DNA from: Candidatus Latescibacterota bacterium
GTDB taxonomy: Bacteria > Latescibacterota > UBA2968 > GCA-2709665
Reading direction: 5' to 3'
Length of the DNA: 64,000 nt
Assembly: GCA_963667175.2 (NCBI GenBank)
Contig: CAXXXF010000015.1
Coordinates: 608,001-672,000, forward strand
Made by a program: the position numbers and the translations under genes. Numbering within the stretch: position 1 is the first letter of the stretch; every line of letters starts with the position of its first letter. This document shows positions 19,660 to 28,899 of the stretch, piece after piece. A model generated the notes under the pieces. That model did no database searches. It worked only from the letters and a program-made list of their open reading frames with translations, and was not told the origin of the DNA.

Positions 19660-20538
19660 TCAATTGCGCCGTATGGTCAGCAGGGTTTCGTTCAGACTCC
19701 CGGTTCGGTATCCCTGCATATCGACGGTGACGTACCGATATCCGATTTCCTTCAAGCGCGCGACAACCCGGTCGACGAGTCCCTCCTCGAAGAATCGTCC
19801 GATTTCCTCGGCCGGAACTTCAATGCGGGCGACGTCGTCATGGTGCCTCACCCGGACGAGGCTGAATCCCAGCGTCTTGAGAAAAGCCTCGGCCCGGTCG
19901 ACCATCGAAAGGGCTTCCTCGGTCACGGGCGTCCCATAGGAAATGCGGGATGACAGGCACGCCGATGCGGGATGGTCCCAGGTGGGCAGGCCCCACGTTC
20001 TGGACAACAACCGGATTTCCTCTTTCGTCATGCCCACCTCGACCATCGGCGCCCGCACCCCCCGGTCCCTGGCCGCCTTCATACCCGGCCTGAAGTCACC
20101 CACGTCGTCCGCGATGGCCCCGTAGATCAGAAATCGATAGCGTCCCCCATGTTTTTCGAGGACGCCATCCAATTCGTCCGCCAGCGCCGTCTTGCAGTGG
20201 TAGCATCGGTCGGACTCGTTCTTCACGTAGTCGGGATTCTCCATTTCCCGTGTATGCACCACTTCCATCGCGATGCCGATCCTGGCCGCGAGAGACCGCG
20301 CGTTCTCGAGTTCACCCGTCGCATAGCTGGCCGAAACCGCGGTCACCGCCAGCGCGTTCGATCCCAGCACCCTGTGTGCCGCCGCGGCGAGAAACGTGCT
20401 GTCCACGCCGCCCGAAAACGCCACGACCACACTCCCCAACCCCCCGAGAAGGTCTTCCAGCCGCCGCAATTTTTCTTCGGCCTGCAGAATCCCTGCCCGC
20501 GTGTCCACTATCGTCTGGCGTTCAACAGGAGACGTCAC
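19660..20538 (-). CDS. larE: LarE-family ATP-dependent sulfur transferase
   Basis: PP-loop AFSGGVDS, RCYHCK, DFRPG, SACLSSRI, RVRHH and GYRTGSLN. Confidence 0.92.
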   Translation of the reverse strand: MTSPVERQTIVDTRAGILQAEEKLRRLEDLLGGLGSVVVAFSGGVDSTFLAAAAHRVLGSNALAVTAVSASYATGELENARSLAARIGIAMEVVHTREMENPDYVKNESDRCYHCKTALADELDGVLEKHGGRYRFLIYGAIADDVGDFRPGMKAARDRGVRAPMVEVGMTKEEIRLLSRTWGLPTWDHPASACLSSRISYGTPVTEEALSMVDRAEAFLKTLGFSLVRVRHHDDVARIEVPAEEIGRFFEEGLVDRVVARLKEIGYRYVTVDMQGYRTGSLNETLLTIRRN

Positions 20539-21983
20539 TTGCGATCCTCCACTGCGCCAGGCATCACGACCGCATCGACCATCCCGTGCAAAACTTTCTT
20601 ATCCGGCGGACAAACCGTGGCCTGCACACCGGACAACACGGGCTGACCGTCCTGAATGAAGTAGTATGGCTGAATGCGCACCCGCCCTTTGAGGCGCATG
20701 ATGCGGTCCGTCTCGAAATCATAGTACCTCACCGGGAAACGGGAACCCGTGTGGAACTCCTGCAAAACGTGTGGCGACCTGTGAAAATCGGCAAGCGCGG
20801 ACTCGATCGTCGTCCGCCAGTCCGCCTCTGACATATCGTGGCCGACCGATACACCCCGGCTGCCCCAGGCCCGGTCCGAGAACCCTGACGGTTTGATCAC
20901 GAAATGGCGCTGTTTCTGCTTCAGGCTGCCGAGGGCGCGCCAATCTCCGAACGCCTGGCCGTCCACGTTCAATCGCGGTATTACGCCGTACGGCGGCACG
21001 GGACGCGGGTCCAGAATCCAGGTCTTCGGAAAGGTCCGCATCAGGAACGCCACGCCCTCTTCTCCCAGTTCGCGAATCCAGAACGATTGCAACATGGGAT
21101 GGTGAAAGAGAGCCATTAACATCTTTTCTTCCAGCTGGGCCTTCAGCGGCGGCGTTGCTTTTACCGTTCCCTTGCGAATGGCATAGAGAATCAGATCCAT
21201 CTTCGGAATGTTTTTCAGATCGAACAATTCAAAGAAACGATAGAGCACATCGATCTGCCGCCTTCCTCCCGTGCCGTTCACGAACAGTCCGGCTTCGCTG
21301 AAAAACACCTCCTCAGGGCGCGCCACGTAGGTTTCCAGACCCGCACGATTCAGGGACTCGCCCAGCCAGGTCATTTCAGGACGGTAGCCCGAAGATTCCT
21401 CCGAAACCACAACGCCGAGAACCGGCTCTTCCAACCCGGCAATCGACCGCACCATCCCCATGAATCCGTTCAGCATTCCGTCGGCGCCACCCACAATGTC
21501 GAATCCGAATCGGCCGTACCGTTCCGCCAGGCTGGCCGTAAACCCGATGCCGCCCGGTATCGAATCCAGTTCGGATGCGATCGTTCCGTTGGGGGTCGGG
21601 ATCAAATCCGGTCGGATCACCAGGGGCAGATGCTGTTTGAATCGGTTCATCCGGCCGTATCCGATTACGGTTTCCGGCTTTCCCTGGTCCAGGTATGCCG
21701 ATACCCATGCGGGCTGAACGTTGCGGACGCTCTGAGAATACAGTAGGTTGCAGGCTCGGTAAAATTCGTACAGATGGACGCCCAGGCATTTCAGATGATC
21801 AATCACCCGCGGTGGCATCCAGAACGGCTCGGGTGACACCCGCCACGGGCTGTTCGAATTCGGATGCACCGTGCGCTGCACGTCCGTATAAAGGCCGCCG
21901 GAGGGCGTCATGCTGTCAATATGAAGGCTGCGCGCCTTCGCGTCCGTCAATTCAACCGGTTCTTGCTGCGCACAGATTCCCAT
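20535..21983 (-). CDS. Uncharacterised circularly permuted ATP-grasp / glutathionylspermidine-synthase-like protein
   Basis: IRPDLI...SELDSIPGG, LYRFFELFD, LEEKM, VIKPSGFS..AWGSRGV and VLQEF. The start is uncertain. Confidence 0.65.
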   Translation of the reverse strand: MGICAQQEPVELTDAKARSLHIDSMTPSGGLYTDVQRTVHPNSNSPWRVSPEPFWMPPRVIDHLKCLGVHLYEFYRACNLLYSQSVRNVQPAWVSAYLDQGKPETVIGYGRMNRFKQHLPLVIRPDLIPTPNGTIASELDSIPGGIGFTASLAERYGRFGFDIVGGADGMLNGFMGMVRSIAGLEEPVLGVVVSEESSGYRPEMTWLGESLNRAGLETYVARPEEVFFSEAGLFVNGTGGRRQIDVLYRFFELFDLKNIPKMDLILYAIRKGTVKATPPLKAQLEEKMLMALFHHPMLQSFWIRELGEEGVAFLMRTFPKTWILDPRPVPPYGVIPRLNVDGQAFGDWRALGSLKQKQRHFVIKPSGFSDRAWGSRGVSVGHDMSEADWRTTIESALADFHRSPHVLQEFHTGSRFPVRYYDFETDRIMRLKGRVRIQPYYFIQDGQPVLSGVQATVCPPDKKVLHGMVDAVVMPGAVEDRK

Positions 21984-22052
21984 GCCTCGCACCTGACCTG
22001 TTTCGGTAAAGAAGCAGCCCGCCTAACAGTGCCCTCTTCCAAAAGCGAATGC

Positions 22053-22529
22053 TCACGAACCGCGTCCCTCACTCCGTCCCTGACGTCGTTTCGGCCTCCT
22101 GACTCTTTTCCACACCACGGTGGACCCGCCGATCTGCAGTCGCCGCCAGGGTTTGCCGGTGTCGCCGGGCTCACCGCTCTGCTTGCCGGGCTCCGAACCG
22201 GCGTCCTGGCGGTTTCGGGCCCGGGGACGCGGTATCGCGGATTCCTCAGCCGACAGGAGTGCCGGAACGGACGACAGCGTGTCCGAAACGGAAAGCCCCT
22301 GGCCATCCGATTCATCCTGAAGATTCAGGCGCGCGGCAGCGGCCTCGTATACCGCCTTCGCCGCCTCAACGCGAGCTTCGAGCAGGCCGAGCGTGCGTCT
22401 GAGTTCATCAACCTGAGAGGCGGAGGCCTCAATTTCGCGTCGGGCGTGCTCAAGCACCTGCTCGTAGACGTCGTTCCGTTCATCCGTTGATTCTTCCATC
22501 ATCTCCACCAATGTGCTTATTGTGGCCAA
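22053..22529 (-). CDS. Hypothetical coiled-coil protein
   Basis: Fills the gap in the operon. Acidic heptad-like N-terminal half and low-complexity basic C-terminus. Confidence 0.6.
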   Translation of the reverse strand: MATISTLVEMMEESTDERNDVYEQVLEHARREIEASASQVDELRRTLGLLEARVEAAKAVYEAAAARLNLQDESDGQGLSVSDTLSSVPALLSAEESAIPRPRARNRQDAGSEPGKQSGEPGDTGKPWRRLQIGGSTVVWKRVRRPKRRQGRSEGRGS

Positions 22530-22558
22530 ATTAACGGTTATCTTCCTTCAAATTGAGG

Positions 22559-24481
22559 TCAATGCCCGTTCCCTTCGACAAGCGCCAACTTCAACCTCTG
22601 TCTGTATCGATCGGGATCCTTGAGAATCCGCACGGCCTCCTGAAACTGTTCATCGCCGCTCAGCCGCGCCAGAATACGCCCTTTCTTGCCCCAGACCCGG
22701 TTTCCCAGTTCCCTCCCGATCTCCAGCCTGATAAACGGTTCGGCCTTTTCGAACTCCGCCTCCCGCTCCGTTTCAACGACGTTTCGCAGGACGTCCAGTG
22801 CCTGGTCCGCCTTCGCCTCGAGTCCTGCCGCCGTCAGTGCGCGACTCAGACTCTCCAGTTCGTTTCCTGACGGCGTACGGTATCGCTTGAAGTTTCCGAT
22901 CTTTGACGTATCCGCGAGGAACGCCCGGAACGCGGCGATTTCGGCATCTCCCACCTCAAATTCCTCCGGACGCTCGGGAAACGCGTTCCGCGCGGCGTAT
23001 TCAACCGCGAAATCGAAAAAGAGGCCGGATCGGTACATTTCGAGAATCAACCGCGGCCTGCGCTTTGGCTTCACAACCACGTCGGGGGTAATTCCGCCGC
23101 CGCCGTAAACCGTGCGTCCACCAGCGGTTTTAAAGGCCCTGGCCGAGTCCGGGGCATCGGAAGCGAGGCCTTCCTCTCTCAACGCCTTCCCCAGCATCTG
23201 CCCCAGTTCCATCTCGAAAAGCTGCTCCGCCTGCTTCGAGGATTCCAGGTCAAACTGCTCGAAAAGCCGTGTGATCGCGTCCTCCCGCGTCTCTTCCCCG
23301 GCAATCGTCGCGACCGTCTGGTACAGCGGCACCTGCACGTCCCCAACGTTCAAGGCAAGGTTGCCCAGCCTGCCGAATCGTCTGTTTTTGTGGATGCTGC
23401 GCCCGCTGGGGGTGTAGTAAAGCGCCGTTGTCCACTTCAGTGCCTTGTCGTCGCCAACTTGCTGGAAGGATTGCACCGATCCCTTTCCAAAGGTCGGCAC
23501 GCCCAGAATCAACCCGCGGTCCGAGTCCTGAATGGCGCCGGCGACGATCTCCGAAGCGCTGGCGCTGTGCGCGTTGACCAGTACCACAAGTGGGATATCC
23601 CTGACCCGGGAACTCTCCCTGGTACGATATTCCTTATTCTGGGATTCCACGCGACCCCGGGTGGTGACGACCAGCAGATCGGGTCCAAGAAACACGTCGG
23701 CGACGGCGACGGCCTGTGTCAGCAGTCCGCCCGGATTTCCCCGCAGATCCAGTATAATGCCCTCCACGTTCTTCGCTTTCAATTCGTCAACTGCGGCCGC
23801 CAATTCATCGGGCGTGGTTTCCGAGAACCGGCTGTTGATCAAGCCGGACATGGCGATATAACCGATGCCTTCTTCTATTCCTGCAATGCTCGCCACGCTC
23901 TTTACGCGAATGCGCGCCCGGATTATCTCCTGGTCGAACGGCGCCGGCCGACCCGTCCGGTCGATTGTAATCACAACCCGATTGCCCGGCGTCCCCCGCA
24001 GCACGTCCACGACTTCCTCCAGCTTCCTGTTGAGCGTGGGGTCGCCATCCACCGCGACGATCCGATCGCCGACCACGAGTCCGGACGTGTCCGCGGGCGT
24101 ACCCTCGATCACACTCAGAACGACGGGCGCCTCGACACCTTTCCTCTTCATGGTGCTGATCGTGATGCCCAGGCCGCCGAATTTCCCCTGGGTATCGATC
24201 ATAAGGTCTTCGAAGGTGCGCCGATTGAGGAATTGGGTATACGGGTCCAGTTCATCCAGCATGCCTTCGATGGCCGAGGTCGTGAGCGAGTCGGATGCCA
24301 GGGGTTTAAAGTAGCTCGTGGTCAGCAATTTCAGCGTTTCGGCGTATTCGTCTATACTCCGACCGACCGTGGCGTACGCGTCTTCCCCGTTGACGAGACG
24401 CGAGTCCAGGAACACGCAGGTTGCCAGAATGACGACAAGCGACGCCCCAACCCATATTCGTCTGCGATTCCGTCCGATCAT
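22559..24481 (-). CDS. ctpA: Carboxyl-terminal processing protease, S41A
   Basis: Signal or TM segment, LDPYT, GKFGGLGI PDZ, LDLRGNPGG, SASASEIVAGAIQD, TFGKGSVQ and GGGGITPD. Confidence 0.93.
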   Translation of the reverse strand: MIGRNRRRIWVGASLVVILATCVFLDSRLVNGEDAYATVGRSIDEYAETLKLLTTSYFKPLASDSLTTSAIEGMLDELDPYTQFLNRRTFEDLMIDTQGKFGGLGITISTMKRKGVEAPVVLSVIEGTPADTSGLVVGDRIVAVDGDPTLNRKLEEVVDVLRGTPGNRVVITIDRTGRPAPFDQEIIRARIRVKSVASIAGIEEGIGYIAMSGLINSRFSETTPDELAAAVDELKAKNVEGIILDLRGNPGGLLTQAVAVADVFLGPDLLVVTTRGRVESQNKEYRTRESSRVRDIPLVVLVNAHSASASEIVAGAIQDSDRGLILGVPTFGKGSVQSFQQVGDDKALKWTTALYYTPSGRSIHKNRRFGRLGNLALNVGDVQVPLYQTVATIAGEETREDAITRLFEQFDLESSKQAEQLFEMELGQMLGKALREEGLASDAPDSARAFKTAGGRTVYGGGGITPDVVVKPKRRPRLILEMYRSGLFFDFAVEYAARNAFPERPEEFEVGDAEIAAFRAFLADTSKIGNFKRYRTPSGNELESLSRALTAAGLEAKADQALDVLRNVVETEREAEFEKAEPFIRLEIGRELGNRVWGKKGRILARLSGDEQFQEAVRILKDPDRYRQRLKLALVEGNGH

Positions 24482-24576
24482 ATTCCGCCTCCGCTTTGTC
24501 CGGTCCCGATACTCTGCGGCGCCGTCGGAAGCGCTCCGCCCCGGTAAGCCGTCGTCCTCTGCCCCCGTGCGCCCGA

Positions 24577-25212
24577 TCATGCGCCTGGGCGATCCACGTC
24601 GTCCATCCGTTTGTGTGTCTCGTTGTAAATCAGGAATGACTGATCCTCGACGGACAGCCGGCCGTCAATCCGAAAAACGCGCTCGGGTTCCTCCTGCCAG
24701 GTCCTGAGATACCCGCCTCGTACCCGTTCAAAAAAAGCATCGCCGGCCGCTTCAAGCCTGTCGGCATCTGCCGACGTGGACCGCCGTCTGGCGGTTTCGA
24801 GATCCATATCGATCCAAACGGTCAGATCCGGCCTGAGCCCCCCTGTGGCCACCTCCTGCGCCGCCTGAATGCGGTCCAGATCCAACCCGCGCCCGTAGCC
24901 CTGATAGACGATCGTCGAATCAGCATAGCGGTCTGAAACAACCACTTTGCCCTGCAACAATGCGGGCCGGATCAGCATATTGACGTGCTGGGCCCGATCC
25001 GCCGAGAATAACAGCATCTCGGCGGAGGGGTCCACCTCCGCACGCCGCGCGAGCAAGAGACTGCGAACCCTTCGGCCCAGCCCGGTTCCCCCCGGCTCCA
25101 GGGTGAACACCACGTCGCGGCCCTCCCCGCGAAGCCTCTCGACCAGCCGCTCTGCCTGTGTGGTCTTCCCGCACCCGTCGATACCTTCAAACGTAATAAA
25201 CAGTCCGGCCAC
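24577..25212 (-). CDS. tmk: Thymidylate kinase
   Basis: GTG start after GGAGG. FITFEGIDGCGKTTQ, EPGGT and SDRYADST.YQG. Confidence 0.96.
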   Translation of the reverse strand: MAGLFITFEGIDGCGKTTQAERLVERLRGEGRDVVFTLEPGGTGLGRRVRSLLLARRAEVDPSAEMLLFSADRAQHVNMLIRPALLQGKVVVSDRYADSTIVYQGYGRGLDLDRIQAAQEVATGGLRPDLTVWIDMDLETARRRSTSADADRLEAAGDAFFERVRGGYLRTWQEEPERVFRIDGRLSVEDQSFLIYNETHKRMDDVDRPGA

Positions 25213-25239
25213 GCCGAACGAACCTCCCGTGCCACCTAT

Positions 25240-25298
25240 CAGCCCGTTGATAAAGTCCATCCGGGCTGCCTGCCTGTGCGTTCGCACGCAGACAGGCG
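25240..25298 (-). mobile_element. MITE fragment (one end) carrying a CCTGCCTG hairpin insert
   Basis: Begins CAGCCCGTTGATAAAGTCCATCCGG, the reverse complement of the right end of the 27268-27427 element. Confidence 0.75.
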
Positions 25299-25314
25299 CT
25301 GCAGGCAAGCGCCG

Positions 25315-26223
25315 TTATCCGAGCAACTGCGTCAGGATCGCCTTTTGGACGTGCATCCTGTTTTCCGCCTGATCCACCGCCACGCATCTGGGACTTGCCA
25401 TCACTTCGGCCGTCAATTCGTACCCTTTGTGCGCGGGAAGGCAATGCATGACCAGCGCTCCGGTCTTTTCCAGGAGGTCCATCGTTATCCGATACGGAGC
25501 AAATGCCTCAACGCGCCGTTTCTTTTCCGCTTCATATGCGGGATCTTCGAAAAACTCCATGTCGATCCATGTATCCGTATAGAGAAAGTCGGCCTCGGCC
25601 GCCGCCGCCGCCAGGTCGAGGGTTTCCTGAAAGAGACCGGTCGTCCGTGCCTGATTGGTAAGGTCTTCGTCTTCGGAGGGTTTGTTTACCTCCGGCGTCA
25701 CGGTCGTGATCCTCACTCCGGCCCTGGTACATCCGGCAATCAGAGAATTGCACACATTGTTCCGAATGCCCACGTAAACCACGTGAGCGCCCTCGAGTTT
25801 TCCCAGGATTTCTCGGACCGTCATCAGATCGCCAAGCGCCTGACAGGGATGGTACCGGTTACAGCACCCGTTAATCACTGGCACCTCGGCCCCGGCGGCA
25901 AGTTTCTTCAGGTCGCGATGGTTCAACATCCTCGCCATAATGACGTCAGAGTACCGGGAAAGCACCTGGGCCTCGTCTCCAAGGTCCGCCAGCTGGAAAT
26001 TGGTGGCGCGCCAGTCCAGATTCATCGCATACCCGCCCAATTGGTTCATGCCCGTCTCAAACGAACACCGGGTACGCGTCGACGGCTTCTGAAACAGCAT
26101 CGCCAGCGTCCGCCCCTGCAGTGCGCCCGAAAATCGTCTCGGGTCTGCCTTCATCAACAGACCCGCTTCTACCGTTTCCAGGATATCCGCTTCCGACCAC
26201 GTCTTGAGCGTAATCAAATCCAT
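25315..26223 (-). CDS. argF: Ornithine carbamoyltransferase
   Basis: FQKPSTRTR, HPCQALGD, HCLP and DQAENR. Confidence 0.92.
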   Translation of the reverse strand: MDLITLKTWSEADILETVEAGLLMKADPRRFSGALQGRTLAMLFQKPSTRTRCSFETGMNQLGGYAMNLDWRATNFQLADLGDEAQVLSRYSDVIMARMLNHRDLKKLAAGAEVPVINGCCNRYHPCQALGDLMTVREILGKLEGAHVVYVGIRNNVCNSLIAGCTRAGVRITTVTPEVNKPSEDEDLTNQARTTGLFQETLDLAAAAAEADFLYTDTWIDMEFFEDPAYEAEKKRRVEAFAPYRITMDLLEKTGALVMHCLPAHKGYELTAEVMASPRCVAVDQAENRMHVQKAILTQLLG

Positions 26224-26305
26224 GGGCGAAACACGCTCCCACTCGACCGTTCGCGCGATCGATGGCCGACCGCCGACCGTTTCAGTTCAATCCGATCGCC
26301 GGAAA

Positions 26306-27265
26306 TCATTGCAAATGCTTCCTTACTTCGTCCAGCAACGTCCGTTTCGCCTCGTCTATGCGCTTTTCAATCCTGCAGCCCGAGGCCCGCGTGTGCCCGC
26401 CTCCGCCAAACGCCGCCGCGACGCGGTTCACATCGACTGCGCCGCGAGAACGAAGGCTGACGCGGAACCGTCCCGGGGCCTCTTCCTTGAAAAACAACGC
26501 CGCCTGAATCCCGTCGATCGCCATCGCGTGGTCTACCACAGGATCCGGATCGCCGCCCTTGCGGTACGTTTCGTGGTCCACAACGAGTGTGCTCACTCGA
26601 GCGTCGAAATGAAGTTCCAGGGTACTTAAGGCGGCCGCCAGCGTCACCATGGTCTGGTAACTCTCCCGGGCAAACAGCGCATCGGCGATCGCCTCCGGGT
26701 TGGCGCCGAATTCCGCCAGTTCGCCGCAGACCTTTAACGCCCGTTCCGGATGGGAAACCCTGAAAAGCTTGGTATCGAACGCGATTCCCGTGTAAATCTG
26801 GGTGGCGACCGCCGGATTGATTGCCGTTCCGGCAGCCCGAAGCAGTCCATAGACCAGTTCGCTGGCGGAACTAGCCGAACGGTCCACGATGCGGACGTCG
26901 CCCTCCGGCTTGCGGAAAGCGTGATGATCGATGATCATCGTGCGTGCGTCCTCACGGAGAAGGCGCCCCACGTCGCCCACTCGTTGCGGGTCCAGCGTTG
27001 GCGTGTCCACCAATACCGCCCGGCCAAACGCCGGCGGATCCACAAGCGACCTGTACAGTTCAATATGGTTAAATCCCGGCAGAAAAGCAAATTTCGGATT
27101 CAACGTCTCATCGCTGACGACGAGTCGGCACGCCCGCTCTTTCTGGACGAGCATTTCCCTCAACGCCAGCAGGCATCCAATCCCATCCCCGTCTGCATTG
27201 ACGTGGGTTGAGACCAGATACGGTTCGTCGGGGTCGAAAAAGGACAACGCCGCGGTATAGTCCAT
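26306..27265 (-). CDS. nrnA: DHH/DHHA1 phosphoesterase (oligoribonuclease/pAp phosphatase)
   Basis: HVNADGD, IIDHH, VSLRS and GGGGH. Confidence 0.9.
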   Translation of the reverse strand: MDYTAALSFFDPDEPYLVSTHVNADGDGIGCLLALREMLVQKERACRLVVSDETLNPKFAFLPGFNHIELYRSLVDPPAFGRAVLVDTPTLDPQRVGDVGRLLREDARTMIIDHHAFRKPEGDVRIVDRSASSASELVYGLLRAAGTAINPAVATQIYTGIAFDTKLFRVSHPERALKVCGELAEFGANPEAIADALFARESYQTMVTLAAALSTLELHFDARVSTLVVDHETYRKGGDPDPVVDHAMAIDGIQAALFFKEEAPGRFRVSLRSRGAVDVNRVAAAFGGGGHTRASGCRIEKRIDEAKRTLLDEVRKHLQ

Positions 27266-27267
27266 AG

Positions 27268-27427
27268 CAGTCCGTTGAAAAAGTCGCTCTGCAGGCGAGG
27301 CCGAGTCATTGTGGCCGAAGACAAGGCGCGCGACCGACGCGAATCCCTGGATTCGGGGAGGGAGCGCAACGCCGTATTTCGGTCACAAGGGCCGGACGCA
27401 GACCGGATGGACTTTATCAACGGGCTG
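27268..27427 (+). mobile_element. Complete 160-bp MITE with 18-bp TIRs and 6-bp target duplication
   Basis: TIRs CAGTCCGTTGAAAAAGTC / GACTTTATCAACGGGCTG (16/18 match), flanked on both sides by CCATAG (27262-27267 and 27428-27433). Confidence 0.88.
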
Positions 27428-27454
27428 CCATAGTCCGGCTTCGAAACCGTCCCT

Positions 27455-28294
27455 TCAGTGTTCTGTTCCGGAAACAGGTTGACTGACTTCGTCCGTCGAG
27501 CCGCGCGTTCGATGCCGCGCGGCCCCACGCTCTTCGATTTTCCGCAATACGAAATGGACCCGATCCGACCCCTCGTCGGGCGCGCGGAAGCCGAATCCGC
27601 CGTAAGCCGCTTCCAGGGAAAACGGAGACTGCTCCAGCGCGGCCTGCATATCCGGCAGTGCGTATATCCGCTGACGATGCACCTCTTCCACGGCTTCGTC
27701 GGTCCGCTCGAACCGGATCTTGAAGCGGTTGAACTGAATCCCGTTCCTGTAAAAGCTCTCGCGGACGTACCTGAACCCGTCTCCGCGGTCTCTATCGGTC
27801 AACTTGCGAAAGTACCTCAGCGAGTTCGCTTCGGTGCAAACGTCGAATATAAAAAGACCGTGCGGCAGCAGAATGGCGTGGACTTCCTTCAATGCCCGGA
27901 CGACGTCATCGAGCGTCATCAGATAATTCATGCTGTCGTACAGACACAGTGCAGCCTCGTATCTCGGCAGCCCGGTCAGGTCAAGCAGGTTTCTGTGGAA
28001 GAACTCCACGCTGTGCCCGGACCTTCGCGTCTTGTCTTCCGCCACGTCCAGCATTTCCCGGCAACTGTCCGCCCCGGAGGCGAGAAAGGCCCGTTTTCGC
28101 AATTCCAACGCCATACTGCCAGTGCCGCATGCGAGATCCAGCACCCGTGACGGCGTGGCGTTGTGTCGCGCGAAGACCGCTTCTATATAGTCCGCCCACT
28201 GCACATAGTCCACGTGCCGCATCACGTAGTCATAGATCTCCGAAAGCCGGGTGTACGGTTGGACGGTAGACGGATTTTTCTTTCGTCCGAGCAT
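27455..28294 (-). CDS. Class I SAM-dependent methyltransferase
   Basis: VLDLACGTG, CLYDSMNYL and GLFIFD. Confidence 0.92.
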   Translation of the reverse strand: MLGRKKNPSTVQPYTRLSEIYDYVMRHVDYVQWADYIEAVFARHNATPSRVLDLACGTGSMALELRKRAFLASGADSCREMLDVAEDKTRRSGHSVEFFHRNLLDLTGLPRYEAALCLYDSMNYLMTLDDVVRALKEVHAILLPHGLFIFDVCTEANSLRYFRKLTDRDRGDGFRYVRESFYRNGIQFNRFKIRFERTDEAVEEVHRQRIYALPDMQAALEQSPFSLEAAYGGFGFRAPDEGSDRVHFVLRKIEERGAARHRTRGSTDEVSQPVSGTEH

Positions 28295-28300
28295 AAATCC

Positions 28301-28329
28301 AATATAAACAGGACACAGGGAAAGGGCAA
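28301..28329 (-). promoter_or_regulatory. sigma70-type promoter, probably leaderless
   Basis: TTGCCC-17 bp-TATATT, with the -10 ending 6 nt before ATG 28294. Confidence 0.65.
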
Positions 28330-28370
28330 ACGCCAAGCCCGCGCACCTTCGGCTTCCGGTCTGCGCGCAC

Positions 28371-28393
28371 AAAAAACCAGCCCCGGGGGCTGG
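28371..28393 (-). terminator. Rho-independent terminator
   Basis: CCAGCCCCCGGGGCTGG hairpin followed by T6 on the minus strand. Confidence 0.75.
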
Positions 28394-28521
28394 ACTCCTT
28401 CGACCTATTCATCAGGAAGCGGCTACGCCCTGGAGCCGCTCCAGGAACACACGATCAGCGAAGCCATCGCGGCGAGACGGGATGAATCGCCGCCCGAATA
28501 GAGAGGTGATTTTGGGGCAGG

Positions 28522-28794
28522 CTAAAAGTCAGTCGCTTCACGGGATTCGTCGCGCAGCACCTGGTAATACGATCTGGCATCCGCACGGGAGACGTTTCCC
28601 GCGGGCAACTCCAGAATTTCCAGTTCCAGGTACCGATCCAGAAACGAGATGCTCACGCGTCTGCCTGGCCGGACGGCCTGTCCCGGCTTCGCCCGCCGTC
28701 CGTCAAGCGTCACGATTCCGTTCTCGCAGGCGCGTTTTGCCTCGGACCGCCGCCGCGTCAAACAACATCGTTTCAGGTATAGATCCAGCCGCAT
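28522..28794 (-). CDS. S4-domain RNA-binding protein (YabO/RqcP/Hsp15-like)
   Basis: MRLDLYLK...RRRSEAKRACENG...AKPG. Confidence 0.9.
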   Translation of the reverse strand: MRLDLYLKRCCLTRRRSEAKRACENGIVTLDGRRAKPGQAVRPGRRVSISFLDRYLELEILELPAGNVSRADARSYYQVLRDESREATDF

Positions 28795-28899
28795 GTTGAA
28801 TTGAACGCCCGTTGTCGACTCTGTTTCGGGAATTTCGCGCTACCGGATCCGTCCAGGGACAACAGACCGGCGGCGGTGGAACCGGGACGCGCCGTGAAC

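Noticed and set aside
22559-24481. CtpA as the protease trimming the MoaD tail
   Set aside because: CtpA has an export or TM segment and acts outside the cytoplasm, whereas MoaD is cytoplasmic.
28405-28480. CTGATGA and GCGATGG motifs suggesting a hammerhead ribozyme or fluoride riboswitch
   Set aside because: No GAAA or stem II for a hammerhead, and no pseudoknot complement for a fluoride riboswitch.
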